Shown piece after piece: positions 17,672 through 26,459 of a stretch of 64,000 nucleotides of DNA. The stretch comes from a virus (lineage: Duplodnaviria > Caudoviricetes): IMG/VR virus record IMGVR_UViG_3300021958_011004, positions 8,275-72,274 of that record; one strand, written 5' to 3'. The translations under genes were made by a program, and so were the position numbers. Within the stretch, counting starts at the first letter, position 1. Each line of letters starts with the position of its first letter. Under the pieces are notes generated by a model. It searched no databases, was not told the DNA's origin, and saw only the letters and a program-made list of their open reading frames with translations.

Positions 17672-17887
17672 TCATTTTAAAATCTCGTGCGTAATAAAAA
17701 AGTATAATGATACTATACTGATAGCGAAGAAAGCGTATTCAAGTGTTTTGATGCAACCGTCAACAAACTTATAGAATGTTGAAACGCAAAGCTTGTCATA
17801 TTCTTCTTCATCTTCTATTATATTATAATAAAAGGCGTTTCTATTTTGCACGTATGATTTAAAGGCATTGTATTTTTTCAATATCAT
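17672..17887 (-). CDS. Small membrane protein
   Basis: C-terminal hydrophobic helix. Confidence 0.45.
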   Translation of the reverse strand: MILKKYNAFKSYVQNRNAFYYNIIEDEEEYDKLCVSTFYKFVDGCIKTLEYAFFAISIVSLYFFITHEILK

Positions 17888-18065
17888 TTGAGTCCACCAT
17901 GATGCTACCGTTGCTTGTGTAAACCAACAAGAAATTACCTTTTAGGGTTGACCTCTTGTTAATCCTGGAGTTGATCTTTTTGGCGTAATTGGTTTGGTGT
18001 AGAACTAGTCCTAGTTTACCAGATTTAAGTCTAACTAAGCATCCTGTCCAATTTAATCGGGCCAC
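17859..18065 (-). CDS. KOW/SH3-like microprotein
   Basis: WTGCLVRLKSGKLGLVL. Confidence 0.45.
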   Translation of the reverse strand: MARLNWTGCLVRLKSGKLGLVLHQTNYAKKINSRINKRSTLKGNFLLVYTSNGSIMVDSNDIEKIQCL

Positions 18066-18361
18066 TTTAAGAACTCAATGAAATTACCGTCCGGGTCTCT
18101 GATGTAACAGGACTCAGAGCCGTCTCTATGTTTTTTAAAGACTTTCGAACTTAACTTTTCACTGATAAACTTATCATCAACTTCAAAACAAAAATGTGGA
18201 GGATGTTGATTAGGAGATACTAATGCTATTCTTGCACCAGCTATTTCCATCATCGCCCAGGTATCATCCTCATACAAAACTTTGGCATCATAGTTTTCAA
18301 TATACCACTTTACAGAATTAGCAATGTTTTCTGATTGTAATGCTACGTGATCAAACTTCAT
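18053..18361 (-). CDS. VOC/glyoxalase family protein
   Basis: FDHVAL...PHFCFEV...YIRDPDGNFIE. Confidence 0.88.
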   Translation of the reverse strand: MKFDHVALQSENIANSVKWYIENYDAKVLYEDDTWAMMEIAGARIALVSPNQHPPHFCFEVDDKFISEKLSSKVFKKHRDGSESCYIRDPDGNFIEFLKWPD

Positions 18362-18532
18362 TTAAAATCTCTTCAGGATTTGTGACTTCTTCCATATGCT
18401 TAGTAATTATCGTGGAGCCTGCCGGACCTCTCGACTTTATTTCAACTATCTTGTAGATTTTATTGTTAATTACTGTAAATGTTTTGCGTACCGTCATAAC
18501 AAAACATTACAACGATACACATCTTTTTACAA

Positions 18533-20308
18533 CTATCTTCTACCGTAATACTTCTTTCTTAATAGGGATGCGTGACTCTCACCCAGCTCATAGATTCGTC
18601 TTCTTTCTTGAATCTTTCTGTCTTCTCTTAAATCACCCGCTTTTGGCTTGTATCTAAAGTCAGGTTCTGGAAGGGGGGATAGAGATTGACTGTTAGATTT
18701 ACTTAGAAAACCAAAACCTTTATCCTTAGGTTCTTGCATTTCTGTCTTATAAAATTCAGGAAGTTTATTTTTTAATTCTGATTTTGCTGTACTTGATGAC
18801 ATTCCACTATCTTTCAAAACTTTTAAAAACAAAGCTTTGATAAGATTCGTAACTTTTGTAGGCGTTTCCAAGTTCATTATTTCTTTTTCAAAATGGGATG
18901 ATTGAACAATACGATTAAAAAGTTCTTGAGCAAGATTAGAATCTTGATTAATTTGATTTAATAATTCCACAGCCATATTAGTAAGCTCTTTTCTATCATC
19001 CTTGGTGACATTAATTTTAGTATTTGGAAACAAAGCCTTGTTTGATGTAGAAACTATAATCTGGAATTTATCAACCAAACTCAATCCCGGGTCTTTCCTA
19101 AATATGTCACTTACAATAGACTTTGCTTTTAAAGCTCCTGCAGATTTTTCAGGTCTTGAGATTAATCTCATTGCTATTTTTAAACCGCCAAAACCAAACT
19201 TTGGAGCATTAATTCTACCACTATCTGGTACTCCTGCAATTGTTTGTATGATACTTGCTGCTAATGAATCAGCAGAGTCTATAATATCACCTTTAATTTT
19301 AGCATGTAAATCAGCTATTTCGGGACTTTTTGTAATTGCTTGTGAATTAAAAGTTTCAAAATCTTTTTCAACATCTGAAAGATTTAGTTTGTCAAATAAC
19401 TTTTCAGGTCTCATTAAGAAGTCTGAAACATATTGTTTGTCTGCCACGCCTGAAAAGTGTTCAGCTTGTTCATCAGTCACGGGTTCAAGATAATACCTTC
19501 TTAAAATATCTGACCTAATCAAATAACATCTATCTGTTGCTATAAAGACATAGTATTTATTTTCATCCATCGGAGGAATTGTATTACTGTAGTTATCTTG
19601 CGGCGTGGGTTTTTGTGAAGCTTTTACTTCTATTTTGTATTTTCCACCTTCAACATCGACGCCTCTACTTGTAGCATCTGTGTGATTGAAAGTCCCCCTT
19701 AAGAACAAGCTGCAAATTATTAAAGCTGCAATTTCCCATCTATCATTATCTTCTTCAAAGTTAAAATCTGTACAAGACATTACATCAAGAATTGATTGAA
19801 CAGCTACTTCTGGATTAACTCCCTTAAGATTTTTAACATATGTCGATATAAACTCATTGTTAGAATTAACACCCTTGAAGTAATCTTTTACTGACAGCAT
19901 CTTTTCTGCTGCTGATGAAGTCGTAAGTTTTTGAATTTCTTCATCTTCATATTCGTCAAAGGTGGGTATTATTAACGTTGAAGCTGATATATTTTGCGTG
20001 TTTTTTCTATTAAGTTCTTCTATTGTCTCTTTGAAGTATTGGTCTTTTTGAGCAATTGTTTGGATATCGTAGCTCTCATAAGCTCTGTTTCGCTTAGAAT
20101 CTAAGAGCCCTTTAGAAGCTTCAAGCATTCCTGAATCACCACTTGAAAGATTATATGTAATATCATGCAAAATTGGAAATGCAGTATTCTTGTTTGCAGA
20201 AGCTCTAGCCTTAACTATAGCTAAGCTTACAGGGTCATCTTCTAAGCCTGGGGCGATATCTACTGTTTCTTTTATAAGTTCTATTAATTGTCTTCTTGTT
20301 ATTTTCAT
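18533..20308 (-). CDS. Large protein with MKxxxxQL leader and PD-(D/E)XK-like nuclease motif
   Basis: MKITRRQLIELIKE; RGVDVEGGKYKIEVKAS. Confidence 0.55.
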   Translation of the reverse strand: MKITRRQLIELIKETVDIAPGLEDDPVSLAIVKARASANKNTAFPILHDITYNLSSGDSGMLEASKGLLDSKRNRAYESYDIQTIAQKDQYFKETIEELNRKNTQNISASTLIIPTFDEYEDEEIQKLTTSSAAEKMLSVKDYFKGVNSNNEFISTYVKNLKGVNPEVAVQSILDVMSCTDFNFEEDNDRWEIAALIICSLFLRGTFNHTDATSRGVDVEGGKYKIEVKASQKPTPQDNYSNTIPPMDENKYYVFIATDRCYLIRSDILRRYYLEPVTDEQAEHFSGVADKQYVSDFLMRPEKLFDKLNLSDVEKDFETFNSQAITKSPEIADLHAKIKGDIIDSADSLAASIIQTIAGVPDSGRINAPKFGFGGLKIAMRLISRPEKSAGALKAKSIVSDIFRKDPGLSLVDKFQIIVSTSNKALFPNTKINVTKDDRKELTNMAVELLNQINQDSNLAQELFNRIVQSSHFEKEIMNLETPTKVTNLIKALFLKVLKDSGMSSSTAKSELKNKLPEFYKTEMQEPKDKGFGFLSKSNSQSLSPLPEPDFRYKPKAGDLREDRKIQERRRIYELGESHASLLRKKYYGRR

Positions 20309-20625
20309 AGCAAATCCTTTGCAAATAAAATAGCTGCCATTATAAACTGCACAACAGCAAAAACTGTTATCGCCTTTGTCTTAAACAACTTCAAATCTTC
20401 AACCTGCAATTGCAACTCTTTCAACTGAGTCGGTGAAGCCACCTCATCAACACGTGCCTTCCACTTAACCAACTCCTGAACCTTGTCATCCTTGGCCTTC
20501 ATTGCAGTTATCTCTTGCTTTACATCTTGTAAGCTCTCATTTAATTCTTTTATTCCTGTTGCCAGAGTTGCCAACTCTTTTAACACAAGCTTCGAATACT
20601 CTGCCCATCCATTTTCTGCTGACAT
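20305..20625 (-). CDS. Coiled-coil protein with C-terminal TM helix
   Basis: Heptads then AITVFAVVQFIMAAILF. Confidence 0.6.
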   Translation of the reverse strand: MSAENGWAEYSKLVLKELATLATGIKELNESLQDVKQEITAMKAKDDKVQELVKWKARVDEVASPTQLKELQLQVEDLKLFKTKAITVFAVVQFIMAAILFAKDLL

Positions 20626-20871
20626 TTAAATTTCCTCCGGGTCTAAAACACAAATAATATCTTTTATCCTCTCAGATAAGTCTTCTTTTGTAGCTGATTC
20701 ATTCCCAGACATCTCTAACAAGATGTTTAATTGAACTAACACCCAGTTTCTACAATCAATCAATCCAGACTTTTCTTTCTCTTTTTCACATAAATCTTCA
20801 CTTAATTTTTGAAGCTTATCTAAGCGAGAAGTAAACGTTGAAATGTCTTTAATGCCCACAATAACACCCAC
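20626..20871 (-). CDS. Hypothetical protein
   Basis: ORF track. Confidence 0.45.
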   Translation of the reverse strand: MGVIVGIKDISTFTSRLDKLQKLSEDLCEKEKEKSGLIDCRNWVLVQLNILLEMSGNESATKEDLSERIKDIICVLDPEEI

Positions 20872-20875
20872 AAAA

Positions 20876-21172
20876 CTAACTTCTATAAGTATTACTCGAT
20901 AATAGAATGTTTCTAATTATTGCCCGTATCCTTACCTCACTCAATCGTGCGTGAGGAACATCATCAGTCAAACCCATTGCAGTCAAATAATCAGCTATCT
21001 GCTGATGAACAGGTTTCTTATTGTCAACATATCCACCCTTGTGTCCATCAGGCCATCCACCATGACTTGTGGGTCTGTCTAAATATAAATCTTTAATCGT
21101 CTGGCTTTTCTTTTTTCTTTTCATCATAATACTCATATAAAGCAGGAACCGTAACCAGCATTGTTGAAACAA
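20876..21172 (-). CDS. Hypothetical protein with C-terminal SExRIRxIIR motif (start uncertain)
   Basis: LDRPTSHGGWP...LSEVRIRAIIRNILL. Confidence 0.5.
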   Translation of the reverse strand: MFQQCWLRFLLYMSIMMKRKKKSQTIKDLYLDRPTSHGGWPDGHKGGYVDNKKPVHQQIADYLTAMGLTDDVPHARLSEVRIRAIIRNILLSSNTYRS

Positions 21173-21276
21173 TTGCTAAAGCTACAATCTCATAATCTTC
21201 TATATCTATTCCAAAAGCAAACAAAAGAAAATTAATTGGAGCACAAAAAAATGCTATAGCCTGACGGAAAGTCACA

Positions 21277-21480
21277 TTACTCTCTTACTTTTCTTAAGTC
21301 TTGCGCTCTCATGTCATATATCTTACCATCCATTTCGCTCTCAAAGACAACCATTGTTCTCTTTGTAAAAGCCCCGGCTCCATTTCCAGCAGTAACTGGA
21401 ACATAATATACCTTGAGAACTTTTCCTCGATTAGACATGTGGTGTAAACACTCTACAGTATCACCTTCTCTAATGTTCAT
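21277..21480 (-). CDS. KOW/SH3-like microprotein
   Basis: MNIREGDTVECL...GKVLKV; GGAGG RBS. Confidence 0.5.
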   Translation of the reverse strand: MNIREGDTVECLHHMSNRGKVLKVYYVPVTAGNGAGAFTKRTMVVFESEMDGKIYDMRAQDLRKVRE

Positions 21481-21504
21481 ATGAACCTCCACATTAGATT
21501 ATAA

Positions 21505-23136
21505 CTACATCAATGCTTTCTTAAAATCTTTTGGAAAGATTCCGCTGTTTCTATTATAGAATCGAGACCAATCGCTATCAAGAATATAAGTCACAGCTGT
21601 ATCTGTACTTGAACGTACACTTCTGCCGCAAGACTGTACAATTGTCTTTGCAGTCTGTAATTCATACCAACCCTTATATTTGTTCATCCGTTTCCTGATA
21701 ACCTGATCACCCAAATAAGGATATGGTATCTTACAAATAATCTGGAACCTTGACAAATCTTCTTTTAAGTCTACACCTTCAGTCATTGATGGTGACAACA
21801 AAACTGTTGGTTTCTTTGCCCGAATATGCTCCTGCAACTTAGCATCTCTGTTTTCAGAATTATGTGTGATGATTCGATTGCTTTTTATGTTGCGCTTTAA
21901 ATAGTTAGCAATTTTATAGGTATGACAATGTATCATACCTTTCTCATCAGGGTGCTGCGCTAAGATGGCTTCAACTGCTTCTTTCAATTTTGGCAAGCTA
22001 GACTCAATTACTTTTGAACTCATAGAACCAATAGAAGCTTGGAAAATAGGTCGGTTCTCTGCAGGGAATGGTGATGGTATGCTAATAGCATTAAAGCTCC
22101 TAGAAGTTAAACCAAGTGCATCTGTGAAAGCATTTGGGTTTAATATGGTAGCTGACAAGAAGATAACCTTCTTACCCATCTTAAACAAGTATTCTTCAGC
22201 AAACTTGCTTACATCAATTGCCCTATAAATCACCTTTTTGAATCCACGCCTCTCAGTTTCTTCAATTTCCATCACCCAATTATCTGCAGAATAATCTTTA
22301 ATAAATGCAGTTAACTTTTCTGCGTGACCTTTTAACATGTCATACTTCATTGATAGGGTCTGGAAATCTTTTAATCTTGATGACAAACCCATTTTCTCAA
22401 TCTGTCTTTCAAAGTTTAAAACCTGAGACTGGACTTTTTGTTGATACTCATCTCTCACCCACTTAAAGAAAGCTACGGGTGTAATCTTGCTAGGCCATTT
22501 AGCCTTAACAATCTTCTCACAGAAATATTGACTTATTGAAACCTCAACAAATCTACTCAAAACATCTTCAGTGTTATGGGCCTCGTCAATAACAAGGACA
22601 TTGCGTGGTGTAATCTTGCCACTATAAGTAGACTCGGTAATAAAGTATTGAAAGTTTGAAACAGATTCGCGTGATTCAAGATATTTGGCTTTTTTCTTTT
22701 TGTATGTACAATTGCCTCGACAGTTTTTAAAGAAAGCTGAACCTTTGTTTCTTCCTTCCGGTGATGTTCTTAACAACTGTTGTGAGGTTTGACAGTCATT
22801 TTGTTTGTGATATGTGCACTGATAGTTTTTAGCAGAGTAAATAGATTCCATACATCCAGCAGGATTGCCAAAATCTTTTTCATATTGTTCTTGCAAGACT
22901 TTTTGCGTTGTTAGAAAGTAAGCACCTAGTTCAAAGTCTTCTGATTTACCTAATGCTTCATCAACATATCTTGCAACTGTTAAACCAATTGCTGATTTAC
23001 CAACGCCAGTTCCAGCTTCAATAACAACAAACTTTTTATCTTCATCAAGTAGTGTTTGAAGTGCGAAATCAATTGCTTTTTGTTGTTCATTACGAACTGA
23101 GTCGTAAGGAAAGTATTTTTTGAAATCGTGTGGCAT
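21505..23136 (-). CDS. DinG/YoaA/XPD-like SF2 helicase
   Basis: Q motif RNEQ, EAGTGVGKS, Cys cluster, DEAH, SAT, EGVD, QSCGRSVR. Confidence 0.9.
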   Translation of the reverse strand: MPHDFKKYFPYDSVRNEQQKAIDFALQTLLDEDKKFVVIEAGTGVGKSAIGLTVARYVDEALGKSEDFELGAYFLTTQKVLQEQYEKDFGNPAGCMESIYSAKNYQCTYHKQNDCQTSQQLLRTSPEGRNKGSAFFKNCRGNCTYKKKKAKYLESRESVSNFQYFITESTYSGKITPRNVLVIDEAHNTEDVLSRFVEVSISQYFCEKIVKAKWPSKITPVAFFKWVRDEYQQKVQSQVLNFERQIEKMGLSSRLKDFQTLSMKYDMLKGHAEKLTAFIKDYSADNWVMEIEETERRGFKKVIYRAIDVSKFAEEYLFKMGKKVIFLSATILNPNAFTDALGLTSRSFNAISIPSPFPAENRPIFQASIGSMSSKVIESSLPKLKEAVEAILAQHPDEKGMIHCHTYKIANYLKRNIKSNRIITHNSENRDAKLQEHIRAKKPTVLLSPSMTEGVDLKEDLSRFQIICKIPYPYLGDQVIRKRMNKYKGWYELQTAKTIVQSCGRSVRSSTDTAVTYILDSDWSRFYNRNSGIFPKDFKKALM

Positions 23137-23164
23137 GTTTCTCCTAGTTGTTGTAGTTTTTATT

Positions 23165-23193
23165 ATTATACAACAAAAAGTTAAACATTACAT
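23165..23193 (-). promoter_or_regulatory. Promoter ATGTAA-N17-TATAAT upstream of helicase
   Basis: Class consensus preceded by TGTAACAC. Confidence 0.7.
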
Positions 23194-23196
23194 GTG

Positions 23197-23670
23197 TTAC
23201 AAGCTTTCCAAAAACTTAGAATCTGGTTTGACTATTTTACCGCCCTTTTCAACAACATGTTCAATGAATTCTTGCATTGTAAATCCACAATCCTCCATTT
23301 CTTCAACTGTTGCAACAGCATACTTTACAATAAGTTTTCCTGCCTCTAAGTGAAGTTTAATAATCTCTCTATTATTATCGCCGTTTCTATACCCGTAGAT
23401 TGGCACCATCTTAATAACCCTATAAAAGATATTGTGTTTAATTTCTATAAGGTCATTAACTTTTGATTCAATTGCTTCTTGTAACAATCTTTGATTTAAA
23501 GACTGTAAATTTGATGTCTGGGCCTGATTATTACCTGTTAGAGAAGTTGTGTTACTACAATTCGTAACATTATGTGCATAAGCTTTAAAGGCTTTTTGAA
23601 TTTGAGATTTTCCTCTAATTGGTTTTGGGAGTTGATTTGAATTAGATTGCTTCTTTTTTATGATTAGCAT
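23197..23670 (-). CDS. Hypothetical protein (start uncertain)
   Basis: ORF track. Confidence 0.4.
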   Translation of the reverse strand: MLIIKKKQSNSNQLPKPIRGKSQIQKAFKAYAHNVTNCSNTTSLTGNNQAQTSNLQSLNQRLLQEAIESKVNDLIEIKHNIFYRVIKMVPIYGYRNGDNNREIIKLHLEAGKLIVKYAVATVEEMEDCGFTMQEFIEHVVEKGGKIVKPDSKFLESL

Positions 23671-23902
23671 CTTTGCTCCTTATGTCTTTAAGGATTTCTT
23701 CCGGGACCATCATGATTACATATCTCTTCGAAAATGCAAATAGTGGAATTGTTTCAAAAATCTTGTCTGTTTCTGCATCATGCGGCAAGTAAATCACAAA
23801 GTGAGGACCACCATCATCTGATTTCATTCCAACATGAAACTCACTGTCAGTTGCTTCGACAACAAGCCTTTTAATCTTTTCTATTTCTTCTTTAAATCTC
23901 AT
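23642..23902 (-). CDS. Hypothetical protein
   Basis: ORF track. Confidence 0.5.
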   Translation of the reverse strand: MRFKEEIEKIKRLVVEATDSEFHVGMKSDDGGPHFVIYLPHDAETDKIFETIPLFAFSKRYVIMMVPEEILKDIRSKDANHKKEAI

Positions 23903-23919
23903 AAGAAGATTATAACACT

Positions 23920-25128
23920 TTATTTTCTAAATTTTCTAAAAAAGTCTTTTAAAACATCACGATCAAAAGATTCTTCTTCTATGTTCTGTCTTTCTTTTGC
24001 TATTTTTCTAACAACTCTTTCATTTAACTCTTGATTGTTTGAATGAATAACTTTTTCATTCTTTCTTCTCATTTGTTTGATAGCACTAATTGCATTTTGA
24101 ATCTGATGAGCTTCTTTTCTGTATCTGCTTCCTGCTTTTGTTCTAGAACCATAACTTGACTTCAAATGATGCAACTCATCAATAACTTCTTCTAAGTAAG
24201 TGGAATACTCAGAAGTCCCTTTTTCTGCACGTTTGATCTCAAATACAAAATCCGGATCTTCTTTTCCTGAAATGAATTCATCACCCCTTTCAATATCTAG
24301 ACCGCTTAGCTTCTTGATAAAGTTTAATTTTCTTTCCATCGGAAATGTATCAGGTAAAAGATCAGCAATTTGCATTATCTTTTCTGTTCTTTCATCATCT
24401 GAAGTAGCATTTCTTAAATCAAAAATCATCTTTCTCAGCTTTGTAGAACTTACGTCGGGAGTTTCAAAATCAACGTAGCTTACTGGGAAATCTAGCTCAG
24501 ATTCAGTTTCTTGAGTCCCGCCTCTTCTCACACCAACAGAGTTAACAATCCCCTTAGCAAATAATGCATCAATAACTTCAGGTTCAATTTCTCCCTTTCT
24601 AACACCCGGTAAGCTTCTTTTAAATGCTGGTGGACCAGTTCTGGATAAATCTTCAACTGAACTATCTGAATATAGATAAACCTCAGGATCATCAACCAAT
24701 CCCAAGAAGGGAAAATCAACACCTTTCATTGCACCACCAAAATCTCTATAGTGTTCAGCAAGACTTCCTACAATCCCATACACATTTGCAACAGGTGCAG
24801 GTGCTGCTGTAAAGCCACCTACAATTTCACCGGGCATAATTATTTTTATTTTCTGAATGTTATCAACATCCATACCAGCAGAAAGCAATTCTCTGAAAAC
24901 TTTTAACTGTGCTTTTTTAACATCAGATGTAACCATGGTCTGACCAGGAAGTCTAGTAAATTTTTTCATCTTTACTTTGTTTACAGTTTTCGTACCCTTC
25001 TTTGCACCCTTTGCACCCAACCCGGGAAACAAAAGTAGCACATCATTTAGCGCTGCTGCTTGTTTGATTACTGCTTCGTGACCTTTATGCATAGGTGAAA
25101 AAGAACCTAAATAAACTCCGATCTTCAT
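23920..25128 (-). CDS. HIGH-superfamily nucleotidyltransferase (NadD/CoaD/cytidylyltransferase-like)
   Basis: YLGSFSPMHKGH and DVSSTKLR motifs. Confidence 0.75.
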   Translation of the reverse strand: MKIGVYLGSFSPMHKGHEAVIKQAAALNDVLLLFPGLGAKGAKKGTKTVNKVKMKKFTRLPGQTMVTSDVKKAQLKVFRELLSAGMDVDNIQKIKIIMPGEIVGGFTAAPAPVANVYGIVGSLAEHYRDFGGAMKGVDFPFLGLVDDPEVYLYSDSSVEDLSRTGPPAFKRSLPGVRKGEIEPEVIDALFAKGIVNSVGVRRGGTQETESELDFPVSYVDFETPDVSSTKLRKMIFDLRNATSDDERTEKIMQIADLLPDTFPMERKLNFIKKLSGLDIERGDEFISGKEDPDFVFEIKRAEKGTSEYSTYLEEVIDELHHLKSSYGSRTKAGSRYRKEAHQIQNAISAIKQMRRKNEKVIHSNNQELNERVVRKIAKERQNIEEESFDRDVLKDFFRKFRK

Positions 25129-25158
25129 AAGAACCTCTATTTAAAACTATTATAACTA

Positions 25159-25632
25159 TTACTTTGTGTGCCAATCTGCTATTGAACTTGCCCATGACTC
25201 AGGCTTAACTCTACATACAAAACCAACACCTGTAATCCAACCCCTGACAAATTCAACAAATTCTCTTGTCCTTGACCTTTTTGTCTTGCCAACATCAGCG
25301 TGAACTTCAATATCTGCATCAGGAAATCTAGCCCTAATATTTAAAGCTGTTTGAATTGCTATGTTTATCTCTTCAGTTATTTTAGACCTCAAATCAACAT
25401 ATCTTTCTTTTTCAACTCTAAACTTTTTAAAATAATAATTAGCAATCTCACCATGATTCATATGCATACAAATTGTTATTGCAAATGTACACTTTTGAGA
25501 ATCAAGCATGCTGTCAGACCCTACGTAGACAATACCACCAGCTGCAACATATTTCTTTAAATCTTCAACAACATCGTTAAAATCACATTGAGTTCCATCT
25601 GCCTTTCGCCAATTTTCCTCAACGTCTTGCAT
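25159..25632 (-). CDS. RNase H-like YkuK/DUF458 family protein
   Basis: VYVGSDS...KITEEI..A....IEVHADV..G..F..KPESWASS.AD. Confidence 0.8.
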   Translation of the reverse strand: MQDVEENWRKADGTQCDFNDVVEDLKKYVAAGGIVYVGSDSMLDSQKCTFAITICMHMNHGEIANYYFKKFRVEKERYVDLRSKITEEINIAIQTALNIRARFPDADIEVHADVGKTKRSRTREFVEFVRGWITGVGFVCRVKPESWASSIADWHTK

Positions 25633-26456
25633 TATAAATACCGCTCACCGCGATCGCATAACATCGTTATGATTACACCTTCTGGTTCATGCATGTCTAT
25701 ATACCTCTCAGCGGATAATATGTTTGCTCCACTTGAAATACCAACCAACAAACCTGTCTCTTTTGCAAAGTCCTGCATCCGCTTTATTGCATCCTCGGTC
25801 TTCACATAGATGAACTCATCCATCATTTCTGGATTTAATAGAAAATCTGCGCCGTCATTGATTCCCTGAATACCATGAGATGCATTGTCTTCAGCGGGTT
25901 GTGTTAGAACACACTTGACACTTGGTACATTTTCATCAATATACTTTTTCATGCCCATCATTGTTCCGCCAGTTCCAGAACCATGAAGATATGCATCCCA
26001 ATCTAAACCCAACTCTTTCACCTGACTATGAATTTCAGGACCAGTTTGCAAGTAATGACATTCAACATTTAGCGGGTTCTCAAACTGATTTGGGCTCCAA
26101 CCATTGTATTTTTTAACTAGTTCATCTCTAATTTCAATAGCCTCTTTAAAAGCATTGTCTTCAACAAAAATAATATCAGCACCAAAAGCTTTCATCATTT
26201 TTCTACGCTCAATCGACATGTTTTTAGGCATGATGATGTTACATTTACAACCTAACCGAGCAGCAGCAGCTGACAAAGCAATACCTGTATTACCGCTTGT
26301 AGCTTCATAAACCTCAGTTTTGCCCGGGATAATCTTGCCTGTTTTAACAGCTTCATCAACAATATATTGAACCATTCTGTCTTTGACTGAACCAGTAGGC
26401 TGATATGTTTCTAATTTAGCGTAAATTCTATCTGTTATCTTTATTAAGGGTGTCAT
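25632..26456 (-). CDS. cysK: Cysteine synthase family PLP enzyme (CysK/CysM)
   Basis: KLETYQPTGSVKDR, EATSGNTG, GSGTGGT, GISSGAN, LCDRGERYL. Confidence 0.88.
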   Translation of the reverse strand: MTPLIKITDRIYAKLETYQPTGSVKDRMVQYIVDEAVKTGKIIPGKTEVYEATSGNTGIALSAAAARLGCKCNIIMPKNMSIERRKMMKAFGADIIFVEDNAFKEAIEIRDELVKKYNGWSPNQFENPLNVECHYLQTGPEIHSQVKELGLDWDAYLHGSGTGGTMMGMKKYIDENVPSVKCVLTQPAEDNASHGIQGINDGADFLLNPEMMDEFIYVKTEDAIKRMQDFAKETGLLVGISSGANILSAERYIDMHEPEGVIITMLCDRGERYL

Positions 26457-26459
26457 TTT

